Assembly: GCA_052327205.1 (NCBI GenBank)
Contig: CM126203.1
Span: 308,326,001-308,390,000 of the forward strand
DNA length: 64,000 nucleotides
From: Somniosus microcephalus
Taxonomy: Eukaryota
Direction: 5' to 3'
Part shown: piece by piece, positions 12,157-25,250 of the stretch
Numbering within the stretch: position 1 is the first letter of the stretch
How the letters are laid out: every line of letters begins with the position of its first letter
Translations under genes and position numbers: made by a program
The notes under the pieces: model-generated
Databases searched by the model: none
Told to the model about the DNA's origin: nothing
Seen by the model: only the letters and a program-made list of their open reading frames with translations

Positions 12157-12770
12157 AATCATAGAATCATAGAATGGTTAAGCACAGAAGGCGGCCATTC
12201 GGCCCGTCGAGCCCGTGCCGGCTCTCTGCAAGAGCACTTCAGCTGGTCCCACTACCCCGCCCTTTCCCTGTAACCCTGTAAATTTTTCTCCTTCGGGTGC
12301 TTATTCAATTCCCTTTTGAAAACCGTGATTGAGTCTGCCTCCACCACCCTTTCCGGCAGTGCATTCCAGATCCTAACCACTCGCTGAGCAAAAATGTTTT
12401 TCCTCATGTCGCCTATGGTTCTTCTGCAAATCACCGTCAATCTGTGTCCTCTGGTTTTCGACCCTTCTGCCAATAGGAACAATTCCTCTCTATCTACTCT
12501 GTCTTGACCCCTCATGATTTTGAAAACCTCTATCAAATCTCCTCTCAATCTTCTCTGCTCCAAGGAGAACAACCCCAGCTCCTCCAGTCTATTCATGTAA
12601 CTGAAGTCCCTCATCCCTGGAGTCATTCTCGTAAATCTTTTCTGCACCCTCTCTAAGGCCTTCACATCTTTCCTAAAGTGCGGTGCCCAGAATTGGACAT
12701 AATACTCCAGTTGAGGTTGAACTAGTGTTTTATAAAAGTTCATTATAATTTCCATGCTTTTGTATTCTAC
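12157..12770 (-). mobile_element. 5'-truncated CR1 LINE 3' end
   Basis: ORF 12252-12755 (YKTLVQPQLEYYVQFWAP, EQRRLRGDLIE); (atagaatc)n tail at 12157-12175. Confidence 0.92.
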
Positions 12771-12856
12771 ACCTTGTAGACATTAGCCAATTAATAGCTT
12801 ATCTCTAGTCTTTCAAATAATCAGGATCGACTGCAAACCAATATGGTGGATATATT

Positions 12857-13573
12857 GGCCTAGAAATTCAGTGGCCTGCGCCACCAGTTTGCGCCCAAAG
12901 AGGGCACTCAGTGGCTTTTGCGCCACTGGCCACACCTACCGCGATATTTAGCGGGGCACTAATGGCGGCGTTAGCCTGTAGCACTGCGCTGCCACCGATG
13001 ACGTCATCGGTGTGCGCAGCGCCCCGCTATCGCTCCGATGGCCATATTTGGTCGCGCCCGCCTCTTCAGCGCCGGCCGCAAATAGCGACCGGTACACAGG
13101 GGCCTACCTGTGGCGGTAGTGGCGGTAGTTAAGGTGGAGGTGCGGCCGGCCGCTTTTTCGGCGCCCGCCTGCCCGCACCTCCGTCCCCGGCCTCCTACAC
13201 CCCCCCCCCCTCCCCCGCGGCATTGCCGGCTGTTTCCCGAGAGCCCGGCACTTCTCCTTGGTGCCGGGCTCATTTGCCGGCACTCGCGAGTGGGGATCGC
13301 GCTGTTGCAGGCACCTCCCCCTTAACAGTGGGAGGAAGGCCTGCAGTACCGCAGCCTGCCGTGCCGCAGCGTGTGGCGCTGCGGCCCTTAGCGCGCTGAA
13401 ATTCAGTTTCAGCGCCCCAAGCGGGGCGCGGGAAGCCTCGTTTAGCGGCCCGTTTCCATTTGGGGCGCAGAAACTGAATATCCGGATGGCGCAAGTGGCT
13501 CCGCTCGCAGCGGTAATTCCGGCGCCCAGGTGAGCTTGGCGCCCCAAATGGCGCCCAACTGAATTTTTAGCCC
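12857..13573. mobile_element. GC-rich Harbinger-like MITE
   Basis: TIR ggcctagaaattcagt / actgaatttttagccc; TSD ATT. Confidence 0.8.
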
Positions 13574-13590
13574 ATTGTGTTTAGAATCAT

Positions 13591-14305
13591 AGGGCTAAAA
13601 ATTGAGGGGCGCTAACTTCGCCGGGGCACTAAAAGTAGCGCCCCGGAAAAATTAGCGTCCCCGTGCTGGAAATTGAGTGGTTGCGCCCCAAGGGGGAAGC
13701 GGGATGCTACTGCAAGCGTCCCGCATCCCTCTTGGGGCGCTGTGAGTCAATATTGCTTCGCGCCGCGATATTGCAGGCCTTCCTCCCCTTCTTCCCCGCC
13801 TTGTGCAGCGCGACCTGGGACCCAGCTGGGCCCCCGGGGATCGGGAGTGCAGGCAAAAGAGTCCGGCACTCAAGAGAAGTGCCGGGCTCTTGGAGCGCAG
13901 CCAGCACTCCGTGGGGGGTGGGGGGCGTTTCAGGAGGTCTGGGATGGGATCGCAGACAGGTGCTGGCAGGCGGCCAGCAACAAAAATGGCTGCCCCGCAC
14001 CTCGCCTTTAAATTGTGCCTCCCCGGCCGCAGGTACGCCCCCCTGACCCTGTTGGACATAGCATCCGGCAGTAAGTCAAGGGACACTCCCGAAGATCATG
14101 GCGTGAGCGGGGCGCTGCGCACGCCAATGACATCATTGCCAGCGGCGCAGCGCCGCAGGGTGCTACTGGTTAGCGACACCACTAACCTCCTGCTGAATTT
14201 TGTGGGAGGCGTGGGCAGTGCCGCGCCCGGGCGCTAGTTGTGTTGCATCCCGGTAGCGCCCTCTTAATGTGCTAACGGGAGGCGCAACCAACTGAATTAT
14301 TCCCA
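13591..14305. mobile_element. GC-rich Harbinger-like MITE inserted in a CR1 tail
   Basis: TIR-like agggctaaaaattgag / ctgaattattccca. TSD CAT restores ...aatcatagagttatac. Closely similar to 47160-47882. Confidence 0.8.
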
Positions 14306-14469
14306 CATAGAGTTATACAGCACAGAAAGAGGCCCTTTGGCCCATCGTGTCCATGCCGGCCATCAAGCCCTGTTATTCTAATTCCATTTTCCAGCACTTG
14401 GTCTGTAGCCTTGTATGCTATGGCATTTCAAGTGCTCATCTAAATGCTTCTTGAATGTTGTGAGGGTTC
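14306..14469 (-). mobile_element. Short CR1 3' UTR
   Basis: Reverse complement of 6935-7100. Confidence 0.85.
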
Positions 14470-15311
14470 AACGGAATATAACATGCTAGTTATACAGCAA
14501 AAACATACAACCGTGACAAGCAGTTGGTACCGGTCCCGATCGGACAGACGGCTGGCAAGCGTGAACAGTTCTTTGGCTTCCGGCCTCTCTCTCTCTCTCA
14601 AGGATCTTCGAGTTGGTGAGCGTGGGATCACTCTCAAAAGAGCGTTCAACAAGCCCAACTCCTGTCTGGCTCTCCCCTCCATCTTCTGTGTGGACAAGCA
14701 CTCAGGGTGTTACTTTTATTCTCTTTTTAGGGGTGGGCTTGAGGCCAAGTTATTGACGAGACCATTTAACCTATAGAGGTTCCTCTAAAACCTCATTAAC
14801 CAATGACAGCGCAAGTTCGTTGTCTTGGTTCTTGGATGAAAGCCCTCCCCAAAAGGGGTTCTCATTACCTCATTCAATTTGTCTTATTGTTTAATCTTGC
14901 TGAAGTTTCTTCCTTTGGAATTCATGTCTTATCTCTCTTGTCCCTAGTTTGGAGTCAGACATGCCATTCTTGGCTATCAGATGTTCGTAACTGCTTGTTA
15001 TCAGTTATTTAGGTACAAGCTGTTCATACAGTTTTAGCTAAGCAAAACTAACTATTTCATTATCTATTGTACCATGGAATGAATCATGAAATTACCAAAG
15101 ATATCTTCTATTCTATATTCTCATACATTGGTTAACTTATGCATTTTAAAACAGTTTTGTTAAACAAATTCAAAATCCTAACTTAGCATTATAATATGGT
15201 TATTAGCAGCAATAGAAGAACTATAACATTGGGTCTTGGTTGGTCAAATTAGAGAAACATAAACAAGGTTGAAATCTTAACTTGAAAACAAGATTATTTG
15301 TGACCGTCACA
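14459..15311 (-). mobile_element. Probable solo LTR (about 850 bp)
   Basis: Imperfect terminal IR tgtgagggtt / gaccgtcaca; AATAAA on the minus strand near 14715-14720; no TSD found. The left end overlaps the CR1 junction. Confidence 0.4.
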
Positions 15312-15402
15312 CTGCAGAATGCTATAACATCTGCAGGGAACCAGAACACAGGCAGATTCTACGCATCTATCTAATTATTCTAAGACGAGTCTGAGAGTCT
15401 TT

Positions 15403-16225
15403 GGGCAAGATTTTCATTGGGCCGTGGAGTCGGGATTGGAGGCGTGCAGGGGGTTAAAATCCCGAAATCAGGGGTCCTGACCCCATCCTGCACCCAAACC
15501 CACCTCCATGCCAGTTTCAAAGGAGGCGGGTACCCGCCCCACACTGGGACCCGCCTACCGAGGCGGGAAGGGATTAGTGCCAATTAACTGCCTGTTAACA
15601 GGTAGTTAACAGGCAGTTTTTAGCCTAATCCCTATTTTTAAGGTTGAAGTGTGGGATTCTCGACGGCTCCAAACTATGCCAAGTTAGAGGAGGCGGGCCG
15701 TCGGGTTGAAGGACATGGAGGGGTCGAAATGTCGGTGGTCAAGTGAGTGATGTGTGCATGAGTGCAAAGGTAATTGTGTTTGGTGTGTCTAAAGTTATTA
15801 AATAAGTTTTACATACATTTTCTTATCTTTTCAGCCTTCCTTCCTTTAGGTCTCGGGAGTCCCTCATCTCATTGGCACAGAAAGCAGAATGGCTGCGAAC
15901 TGTCAAAAGTGACAGCCTGCAACTTTCTGTGCAGGAGAGATTTCTAACTGAGTCTGTGGAGAAGGACTCGTGTTAGAAGTAAGATTGTCAGTGTTTGGCA
16001 GCTTCAAACAGCTGTGAAACGCTGATATTTCATCTGTCAAAACCTCTTGACAGATGAAATTTCAGTCTGTGACGTCACCTGTTGCCAGTTGTCCTTAATT
16101 GGCCTGCTGACAAGGTCAATCAAGTTAAAATCGCATGGATTGGCCACATCTCAATGGAGGCGGGACTACAACCCCAAAAGTTGTAGACCCGCCTCCAACC
16201 CGACTCCTAAATGAAAATCCTACCC
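15403..16225. mobile_element. Harbinger-like MITE (same family as 57764-63509)
   Basis: TIR gggcaagattttcatt / aatgaaaatcctaccc; TSD TTT; colinear with 62702-63509. Confidence 0.8.
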
Positions 16226-17524
16226 TTTCTGTCTCTAGTTCTAATACAATCATATAAATACAGCATTACTCGCGTCACAGTTTTATCCGCAAAACCAGAT
16301 ACATTTTTAACACCCCTGATTACTAACAACCTCTATTCATGGAGCCCAGGATCCCGTAAGCTTTTTTAACTGCTTTCTCAACCTGCCCTGACACCTTTAA
16401 TGATTTGTGCACACATACCTCCAGGTCTCTCTGTTTATGCACCATCTTTAGGATTGTACCCTTTGGTTTATATTGCCTCTCCTCATTCTTTCTACCCATA
16501 TGTATCGCTTCACACTTTTCTGCACTAAATTTCACCTGTCACGTGTCCGCCCATTCCACCAGCCTGTCTATGTCCTCTTGAAGTCTATCACTATCCTCCT
16601 CACTGTTCACTATACTTCCAAGTTTTGTTTCATCTGCAAATTTTGAAATTGTGCCCTGTACACCCACATCCAAGTCATTAATATATATCAAGAAAAGCGG
16701 AGGTCCTAGAACCGACCCCTGGGGAACACCACTGTATACTTTCCTCCAGTCCAAAAAATAACCATTCACCACTACTCTCTGTTTCCTGTCACTTAGCCAA
16801 TTTTGTATCCATGCTGCCACTGTCCCTTTTATTCCATGGACTTCAAACTTTCTGGCAAGCCTATTATGTGGCACTTTGTCGAAAGCCTTTTGGAAATCCA
16901 TGTACACCACGTCAACCACATTGCCCTCATCAACCCTCTCTCTTACCTCATCAAAAATGCAATCAAGTCAGTTAAGCATGATTTGCCTTTAACAAATCCA
17001 TGCTGACTTTCCTTAATTAATCCACACTTGTCCAAGTGTCTGTTAATTTTGTCCCTAATTATTGTTTCTAAAAGCTTCCCCACTACTGAGGTTAAAATGA
17101 CTGGCGTGTAGTTGCTGGATTTATCTTTACACCCTTTTTTGAACAAGAATGTAACATTTGCAATTTTCCAGTCCTCTGGCACAACCCCCCTTTCTAAGGA
17201 GGATTGGAAGATTATGGCTAGCATCTCCATGATTTCTTCCGTCACTTCCCTCAGCATCCTAGGATGTATCACATCTGGTCCTGGTGACTTATCTACTTTA
17301 AATACAGCCAGCCTTTCTAGTATCTCCTCTATCAATTTTTATCCCATCCAGTATCTCCTGTACCTCCTCCTTCACTATGTCTATGGCAGCATCTTCTTCC
17401 TTGGTGAAGACAGATGCAAAGTACTCATTTAGTACCTCAGCCATACCCTCTGCCTCCATGCATAGGTCTCCTTTTTGGTCCCTAATCTGCCCAACCCCTC
17501 TTCTTACTACCCGTTTACTATTTA

Positions 17525-18223
17525 CTAGCTGGGGGTGCCTGGCGTTGCCAGGGCAATTTTGGGCCACGCGGTCTCCCTGCCCCTGTCTGTCTCCTCTCTC
17601 TGTCCCTCCCTCTCCCCTTCTCCCCTCCCTCTCTCCCCTCCCTCCCCCTCTCTCTGTCCCTCCCTCCCCTCTCGCTGCCTAGCGCCTGAGGCCCGGTGCC
17701 GTTGTGATACCGGCTGTGCGGGGCCTAACGCTTCAGGCCCGGCCGGGCTCTCGGGCCGAGACGGACCCCAGCTGAGCTCCCCCACGGGTGGCGTGGTTGA
17801 CGGCCGGCTGCTGCCGCTCCCCCACCCGCTGTGTGTAAACTCACCTGCCGCTCCCGGAGCCGCAATGTGGGGGTTTGTTTGGCTGGTGCTGTCGCTGTGG
17901 GGATGAAAAAAATGGCGGCGAAGTTTCGGGAGACTGGAGGATTAGGTCCCGCCCGTGATGCACCAATTGGTCAACCATCAGGTCACTGAACTGTAGGATT
18001 GGTCAACCAGCACGTCACTCAACGCTAATGAGAGGTAGGATTGGTCAACCGCTAATGAGCGGAATTTTGAGGATTTTTGAAAGTTTTTTGTATACTGTCC
18101 GAACAATTTTTGTCTGACCAAAAAGTAAATATGCCTATGAGACTCCCCTAATTATAAGCTTTGTTTTGATATAACATGCGTGTAGGTACGCTCTATAACT
18201 TTTGATTGTATAGCCGGACAGAT

Positions 18224-18274
<51 letters not shown>

Positions 18275-18298
18275 GACAAACTCTTTTATATTTTTAGA
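17525..18298 (-). mobile_element. Non-autonomous Helitron
   Basis: On the minus strand: 5' TC, (GTCT)n microsatellite, subterminal hairpin cctggc-aac-gccagg, 3' CTAG. Inserted between A and T with no TSD; removal restores CR1 tactatttatatgcctatag. Confidence 0.85.
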
Positions 18299-19336
18299 TA
18301 TGCCTATAGAAGACTTATGGATTACCTTTTATGTTAGCTACCATTCTATTCTCATACCCTCTCTTTGGCCCTCTTATCTTTTTCACTTCTCCTCTGAACT
18401 TTCTATATTTAGCCTGATTCTCAGATGTATTCTCAACATGACATCTGTCATACATGCTTTTTTTCTGCTTCATCTTACTCTCTATCTCTGATTTTGATTG
18501 CCCTACCTTTCCCCCTAGTGGGAATGTACCTCAACTGTACCTGAACTATTTCCTCCTTAAAGGCAGCCCATTGTTCCATTACAGTTTTGCCTGCCAATCT
18601 TTGATTCCAATTTACCCGGGCCAGATCCATTCTCATCCCACTGAAATTGGCCTTCCTTCAATTAAGTATTTTTACTCTAGATTGTTCCCTGTCCTTTTCC
18701 ATAGCTAATCTAAACCTTATGATACTATGATCACTGTTCCCTAAATGTTCACGTACTGACACTTGCACCACTTGACCTATTTCATTCCCCAGAATCAGAT
18801 TCAGCAATGCCCCACCTTCCTTGTTGGGCCAGAAACACACTGATCAAGAAAGTACTCCCGAACACACTTCAGAAATTCTTCCCCTCCCTGCCCTTTACAC
18901 TATTACTGACCCAATCTATATTAGGAGAGTTGAAGTCCCCCATCACTACTCGATACTTCTTGCATCTCTCTGTAATTTCTCTGCAAATTTGCTCCTCCAT
19001 ATCTTTCCCGCTATTTGGTTGTCTATAGAATATACCTGGTAGTGTAATGGCACCTCTATTATTTCTTAACTCTAGCCATATAAATTCTGTCCTTCACCCC
19101 TCCAGGACATCCTCTCTCTCCAGTACTGTAGCATTCTCCTTAACCAATACTGCCACACCACCTCCTATCTTTCATTCCCTATCTTTCCTGAGCACCTTAT
19201 ATCCAGGAACATTTAATACCCAATCCCGCCCTTTTTTGAGCCAGGTCTCCATTATTGCCATGACATCATATTCTCATGTGGTTATTTGTGCCTGCAGCTC
19301 ATCAACCTTGTTTACTATGCTTTGTGCGTTCACATT

Positions 19337-22300
19337 TGTTGTGTTTGTACCGCTATACACAACTACATAAAATAATAAAGCAACAGAGACTGAGAGTAAC
19401 TTCAAGTGATCTTTACTGGGTAACAAAATTCAAATTCCAACATAACATTTTATTTTGTCAACAGCCCTTTTACAAGTCAAGTCTCTGGGGAGGCCTCCTC
19501 TGCCTCTCTGGGTAACGTCTCTCCAGACTCTTTTGCTTTGGGGAATGAGACTGTACAGATACAGTTGCATCAGATGAGCTATCAGCACAGGTAGAGCTCT
19601 CAGCTGAGGATGAGGCTGGTGCTGATGCTAATGAATCAGGAGTATCTGTTTCCATGTCAGGTGAGTCTGGGCGAGGTATAGGGGTGTTTTCCACCTGAAC
19701 ATCCAGAATTTGGTCCACATGACATCTCAAAACATTCTCTCCCACATCCACAGTATACATCAGTGGTCCCTCTCTTGTGGATATTGTACCTGGTTGCCAC
19801 TTTTCCGTCCAGAAATCACGAGCAAGTACTGACTGTCCCACACTGAAGCTTCTTGTTGGCTTAGCATTCAAATATTTGAACTGTTTGTTCTCTACATCAC
19901 GACATACATTCGGTTTAAGAAGGTCCATGTGAGATCTCAGGTTCCTGTTCAGAAACATCATCGCTGGAGTCTGATTAGTGGCTGTGTGTACTGCGTTCCG
20001 ATAAGCAAAGAGGAATTTGTCTATCTTGTGTTGCAGTGGTAGATTCTCGCTGTACATTGCTTTGATGGCCTTCTTGAAAGTCTGTACGAATCTTTCTGCC
20101 AAGCCATTTGTAGCTGGATGGTACAGGGCAGATGTGTAGTGCTTGATTCCATTTTCCCTCGTGAACCTTTGGAATTCATCAGAGACAAATTGTCATCCAT
20201 TGTCTGTGCAGATTTGTTCTGGTAGTCCATTTCTAGCGAACATGGTCCTCAGAACTGAAATGGTCTTTTCAGATGTGGTTAATTTCATTTTAATGACCTC
20301 AGGCCATTTGGAATGTGCATCGACTGCAATCAAGAACATGGAGTCCATGAACAGTCCAGCAAAGTCGATGTGCACACGTTGCCATGGTGATGAGGGCCAT
20401 TCCCATGGATGGAGAGGGGCTTGTGGTGGTGCGTTCTGGACCTTTTGACATCCTGAGCAGCTCTTTGTCAGGTCCTCGATCTGTTTGTCAATTCCCAGCC
20501 ACCACACGTAACCACGGACAAGACTTTTCATCTTTACCGTACCTAAGTGGCCTTCATGCAGTTCATCCAGCAATCGGTTATGAAGCTTGGGAGGAATCAC
20601 AACTCGTGCGCCGCACATCAATGTTCCCCGACACACTGATAACTGCTCCCTCCTAGCTGAGAATGCTGGAAACAATGAGTCACCATGCGCTGGCCATCCC
20701 TTCACAGTGATGTCATAAACTTTTGACAATGTAGGGTCATTGCGTGTTTCTCTTTCAATGAGGGAATTTGTCACTGGTAGCTGCTCAACTATTGTTGTGT
20801 GAAATAGCTCTGCTGAGTCAACTGTTGTAGTTTCCTTTGAGGTCGGCAGTGTTAAACGTGACAAACCATTGGCGTTGCCGTGTTGCTTGGTCCCCTTGTA
20901 TTCAATGTCATACAGGTGAGCCCCTAGGAAGAGTGACCATCGCTGTAGCCGTTGTGCCGTCATCACTGGAACGCCCTTCCTTGGGTTGAAGATTGAAACG
21001 AGAGGCTGGTGGTCAGTTAACAGTGTAAACTGTTGACCATACAAGTAGTGGTTGAATTTCTTGACTCCCCACACAAGGCTGAGGGCCTCTCGGTCAATCT
21101 GTGCATAATTGCGTTCAGCTGTAGTCAATGATCTTGACGCAAAGGCTATTGGTCTTTCTGAGCCGTCTGGGAACCTATGTGACAACACGGCACCAATGCC
21201 ATGGGGTGAAGCATCACATGCCAGTCGAATAGGTAAGGATGGGTCAAAGTGAGCTAGACCTCTTCTGAAGTAATGAGTCTTTTACTCTCTTGAAAAGCTT
21301 GTTCACAACTGTCACTCCACTTCCATTGTGACCCTGTCTGTAGCAGTGCATTTAGTGGATGTAACACTGTGGATAGGTTGGGCAAAAACTTGTGATAGTA
21401 GTTCACCAGTCCAAGATATGATCTCAACTGAGACACATTTTCAGGTGTTGGTGCGTTAATCACAGCTTCAAACTTGTCTGGAGACTTGTGTAAACCGTCC
21501 TTGTCAATCACATGTCCACAGTATGAGATTTCCTTTTTGAAAAACTCACACTTGTCTCGGTTCGCTCGGAGCCCATACTCCCGTAACCTGATGAGCAGCT
21601 GTTCAAGGTTGGAAAGGTGGTCGTTGTCATTCTTGCCAGTAATGATGATGTCATCAAGATAACACTGAGTACCTTGGATCCCCTGCAGGACTTGGTCCAT
21701 TGCCCTTTGCCAGATTGCAGGAGCTGATGCTATTCCGAATACCAGCTGATTGTACTGGTAAAGGCCTTTGTGCGTATTTATTGTCAGGTACTTCTTTTAT
21801 GCATCATCAATTTCCATTTGGAGATAGGCCTGGGCTAAGTCAATCTTTGTGAAGCGTTCCCCTCTTGACAGGGAAGCAAAGATGTCCTCAATGCGAGGCA
21901 ATGGGTACGGTACTGTGTGGAGGACTGGGTTAACAGTCACTTTAAAGTCTCCACAGATGCGCACTTTTCTTGGCTTTCCTGGTTTTGTGCTGGAGGTTTT
22001 CTTCATCACTGGAAGTATAGGTGTGGCCCATTCACTCCAATCCACCTTGGACAGGACCCCTAATTGCTCCAAGTTCTCCAGCTCTGCTTCTACTGAAGGG
22101 CGAATTGCATAAGGCACTGGTCTGGCCTTGTGGAACTTTGGATTTGCGTTCTCCTCAATCTTAATTTTTGCTTTCATGCCCTTAAGTGTTCCTATTCCCT
22201 TCTTGAACACTTCCTGAGAGTCAGAGAGTATTTGTGACAGTCTCTCAAGAGTGGCGTTGCTGTCCTCCTTTGCTGACACAAACAGTGCTTGGCTGGTGTG

Positions 22301-23895
22301 CCAATCCAACTGTATTTTCCTGAGCCATTCACATCCCAGTAATGGTGGTCCTCCATTTTCCACTACATAGAAGTTCAATTGCGGTATTTTTTTTTCTTTG
22401 TATGTCACTGTCACTTTTATTTTAACTTTGGGGCACACTCTTTGTCCTGTATATGTCTTTAACAGTACTTTAGTTGGCCTTAGCGGTATGTGTGAAAACA
22501 GTCGTTTGTAGTCATGTACTGAGATTACTGTTAAAGCTGAGCCTGTGTCTAACTCCATTTTCAGCCTAACTCCTGCCACTTCTGGAGTAACCCATATTAT
22601 TCTGTGATCCTCTGTTTCTTTCACACTGTGTAGTTTTAGACAAGCCAGATCCTCTTCCTCTGAGTCTGTGTCACTTTTTTCTTTATCTGAACTGTCTCCA
22701 GTTACGTGGTGTACCTTCTTGTATCTATCTTTGAAAGGTTTCTTGTTTTCAGTCACTTGATGTGCCTTTTTGCTCTGTATTGTATCAGTTTTCTGCTTCT
22801 TTGCTTTGCAAACTCTTTCAATGTGCCCTCGTTTGCCACATTGTCTGCAATCTTTGTCTTTAAACCAACAGTCATTGTGGTCATGTGACATTTTACCACA
22901 GCGATAGCACTTCTTTTCTTGTTTCAGTGACATTTTGTTAGTGGAATATTCCAGGGATTTTTGTTGAATTTCTAAAGCGCCATGTGCTGCTGCTTCCATT
23001 GAAATTGCAATACTTAGAGCCTTCTCCAAGGTGAGATCTTTTTCAGACAGGAGCTTCTTTTGTGTGCTTTCACTTTGCATACCACACACAAATCTGTCTC
23101 TCAATGCGTCTGATAAGCCCACTCCAAATTGGCAATGTTCTGATAATTTGCGCAACTTTGCCAAATATTCAGAAATGCTTTCATTTTTGCTCTGGTTCCG
23201 TTTATGGAATTTAAATCTTTTGGCTATGAGCCGTGGTCTGGGGTTTAAATGGTCTTGGAGTGTGTCCGCTATTTGTTTGAATGTTTTGTTTGCTGGCTTT
23301 TCAGGGGTTAATAAACTACGTAGTAGCCCGTATGTCTTTGCACCCATAACACTCAGCAAAACAGTGGCTTTCTTCTCTACCTCCACTCCGTTAGCCTTAC
23401 AGTACAACTCCACTCTTTCAATATAAGTTGCCCAGTCTTCAATGCTGCTATCAAATGCTGCAATCGTGCCAATCATCGCCATTTTTTTTCCCAAACCCGT
23501 TTTTCTTTCTTTACTAGTTAGCTGGTGTCATGCAAGTCCTGTGCACTTTTCACTTGACTTACGTATCCCCTGCCTAGCTTAGCAAGCGTGCTCCGTTTTC
23601 TGTACCTTCTCGCTCCTTTCTTCCAAGTTTCGGTGTCCTCTGGATGCGATGCCAGAATAGGAAGGCGTAGGTTCATAATTCTCGTCGCCAATTTGTTGTG
23701 TTTGTACCTTTATAGACAACTACATAAAATAATAAAGCAGCAGAGACTGAGAGTAACTTCAAGTGATCTTTACTGGGTAACTGGAACTTCGGCACTGACT
23801 GTACAAATCGATACGCATCTGTTATATACGCTCGCAACTAAGGATATACATCCGCAATACAAAATAGTCCCTTCAATGTTGTATACATTACAACA
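19337..23895 (-). mobile_element. Gypsy (Mag-like) LTR retrotransposon A with truncated 3' LTR
   Basis: 5' LTR 23694-23895 (TG..CA, 202 bp); 3' LTR remnant 19337-19424; PBS TGGCGACGAG at 23681-23690; domain order gag-PR-RT-RH-IN. Confidence 0.93.
19470..23485 (-). pseudogene. gag-pol: gag-pol of element A, disrupted
   Basis: Twin CCHC knuckles, LDTGS protease, YLDD, RNase H (NYAQIDREAL) and integrase (HEGHLG, RVHIDFAG, AERFVQT), split over four ORFs. Confidence 0.92.
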
Positions 23896-24656
23896 TACAT
23901 ACACTGTAAACCTACCTTAGACCATCCTGTGTTCTCTCTTAGTCTGACCCCATCTAATACCTTACTATTTCTTACTTTATTGCTATCCACCTCTCCCAAT
24001 CCTTTGTGCCCTTTGTTTTTCCTTTCTAATGCGACATCCTGGTGACCATCCCCTTGCCAACTTAGTTTAACCACCCCCCAACAGCACTAGCAAACCTCCC
24101 CACAAGGATATTGGTACTGGCTCTGTTGAGGTGCAACCCGTCTGGCCTGTACAGGTCCCACCTCCCTAAGAACCAGCCCCAATGCCCCAGAAATCTGAAG
24201 CCCTCCCTCCTGACCCATCTCTCCTGCACCATCTCTCCTGTATAGGCTGGATGGTTTGCACCTCAACAGAGCCGGTATATACATACACACTAAATATACT
24301 GCCTGTTCTGTTTTATCATGGTGTTAAATTTGGGGCTTTCTTCATGACGGCCTCCTGGTTAATAATATTGCTCATTGATTTCTTGTTTTCGAGGACTCAA
24401 AGGACTGCACTGAATACACTTTAAAATCTTTAATGTTGATCTTTTGGAGGGCAAGTCAGATTATACACTTAGCAGTAATATTGAACTGTGCAACTGAACC
24501 AATTTAAAAACTCAAAGTTAACATATATAGAGATTTGAAATAAGAATTATTTTAGGCGAAGTAGTTTGGTGACTTAACTTTAAACAAACTCTAAAGGCCC
24601 AATTCCTGATTTTAATTGCAATCCCTGTTCTAGGGTAGGAAACAGTAGAAACTTTA

Positions 24657-25250
24657 GGGCTGATTTTAATCCTACCCACCCAACAGAAACTGAGTGGGTG
24701 GATCGTTAAATTGGCCGCAGCAACTTAGCCGTCCGATCCCGCTACCTTCCCACGGGTTGCAATTTTAACCTGTTCTTTTCAGAAGTCAAATGGGATCCTT
24801 CTTTAAATATGCAGATCAGGCTCCCATGATGTCATCAGAGCCTATCTGCAACTTTCATCTGAGGTCTGTGAGGGGAAGCCATCATCACTTCCCCACCAGG
24901 CCAACCTGGCAGCAAATAGTGTCAGAGCCAGAAGAGGTCCAGAAAGGAACGTCATTTTGAATTTCTTTTGGTTTCCTTGTGAGCCAGGAGGAGCAGGAAT
25001 GCTCCTTCAGGCCCCACAAGAAAGCCTTGGGTCTCCCCTGTCCCAGGTTTCCATCTCCCTCCCCTGACCGCATGCCCTCCTGAAACCGACCCCTGCCCAC
25101 TCTATAAGCATTTACCTTATTGCTGCAGACCGTTTGAGTGCAAGACCGATGTGGCCCATGCAGAGGAGGCCCAAGAGTTAAAATCTCTACTTCTCACCCA
25201 CCTCGGCCTCCACCTGTACAACTCCTGCCAGGAATTAAAATCTGGTCTTT
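24657..25250. mobile_element. Degraded Harbinger-like MITE
   Basis: gggctgattttaatcct / aggaattaaaatctggtc termini; family motif gagcaggaatgctcc. Confidence 0.5.

Larger units (their letters stand above)
16325..24240 (-). mobile_element. Long CR1 LINE (ORF1 end + ORF2) interrupted by a Helitron (17525-18298) and a Gypsy element (19337-23895)
   Basis: RT fragments 16323-17335 (MDFQKAFDKVPH, GVPQGSVLGP), endonuclease fragments 18658-19330 (NSDH), and ORF1 esterase-end text near 24100-24200. Confidence 0.88.

Noticed and set aside
8292-14237. Many overlapping GC-rich ORFs of 100-216 aa
   Set aside because: They lie within non-coding GC-rich MITEs where stops are rare; no recognisable domains.
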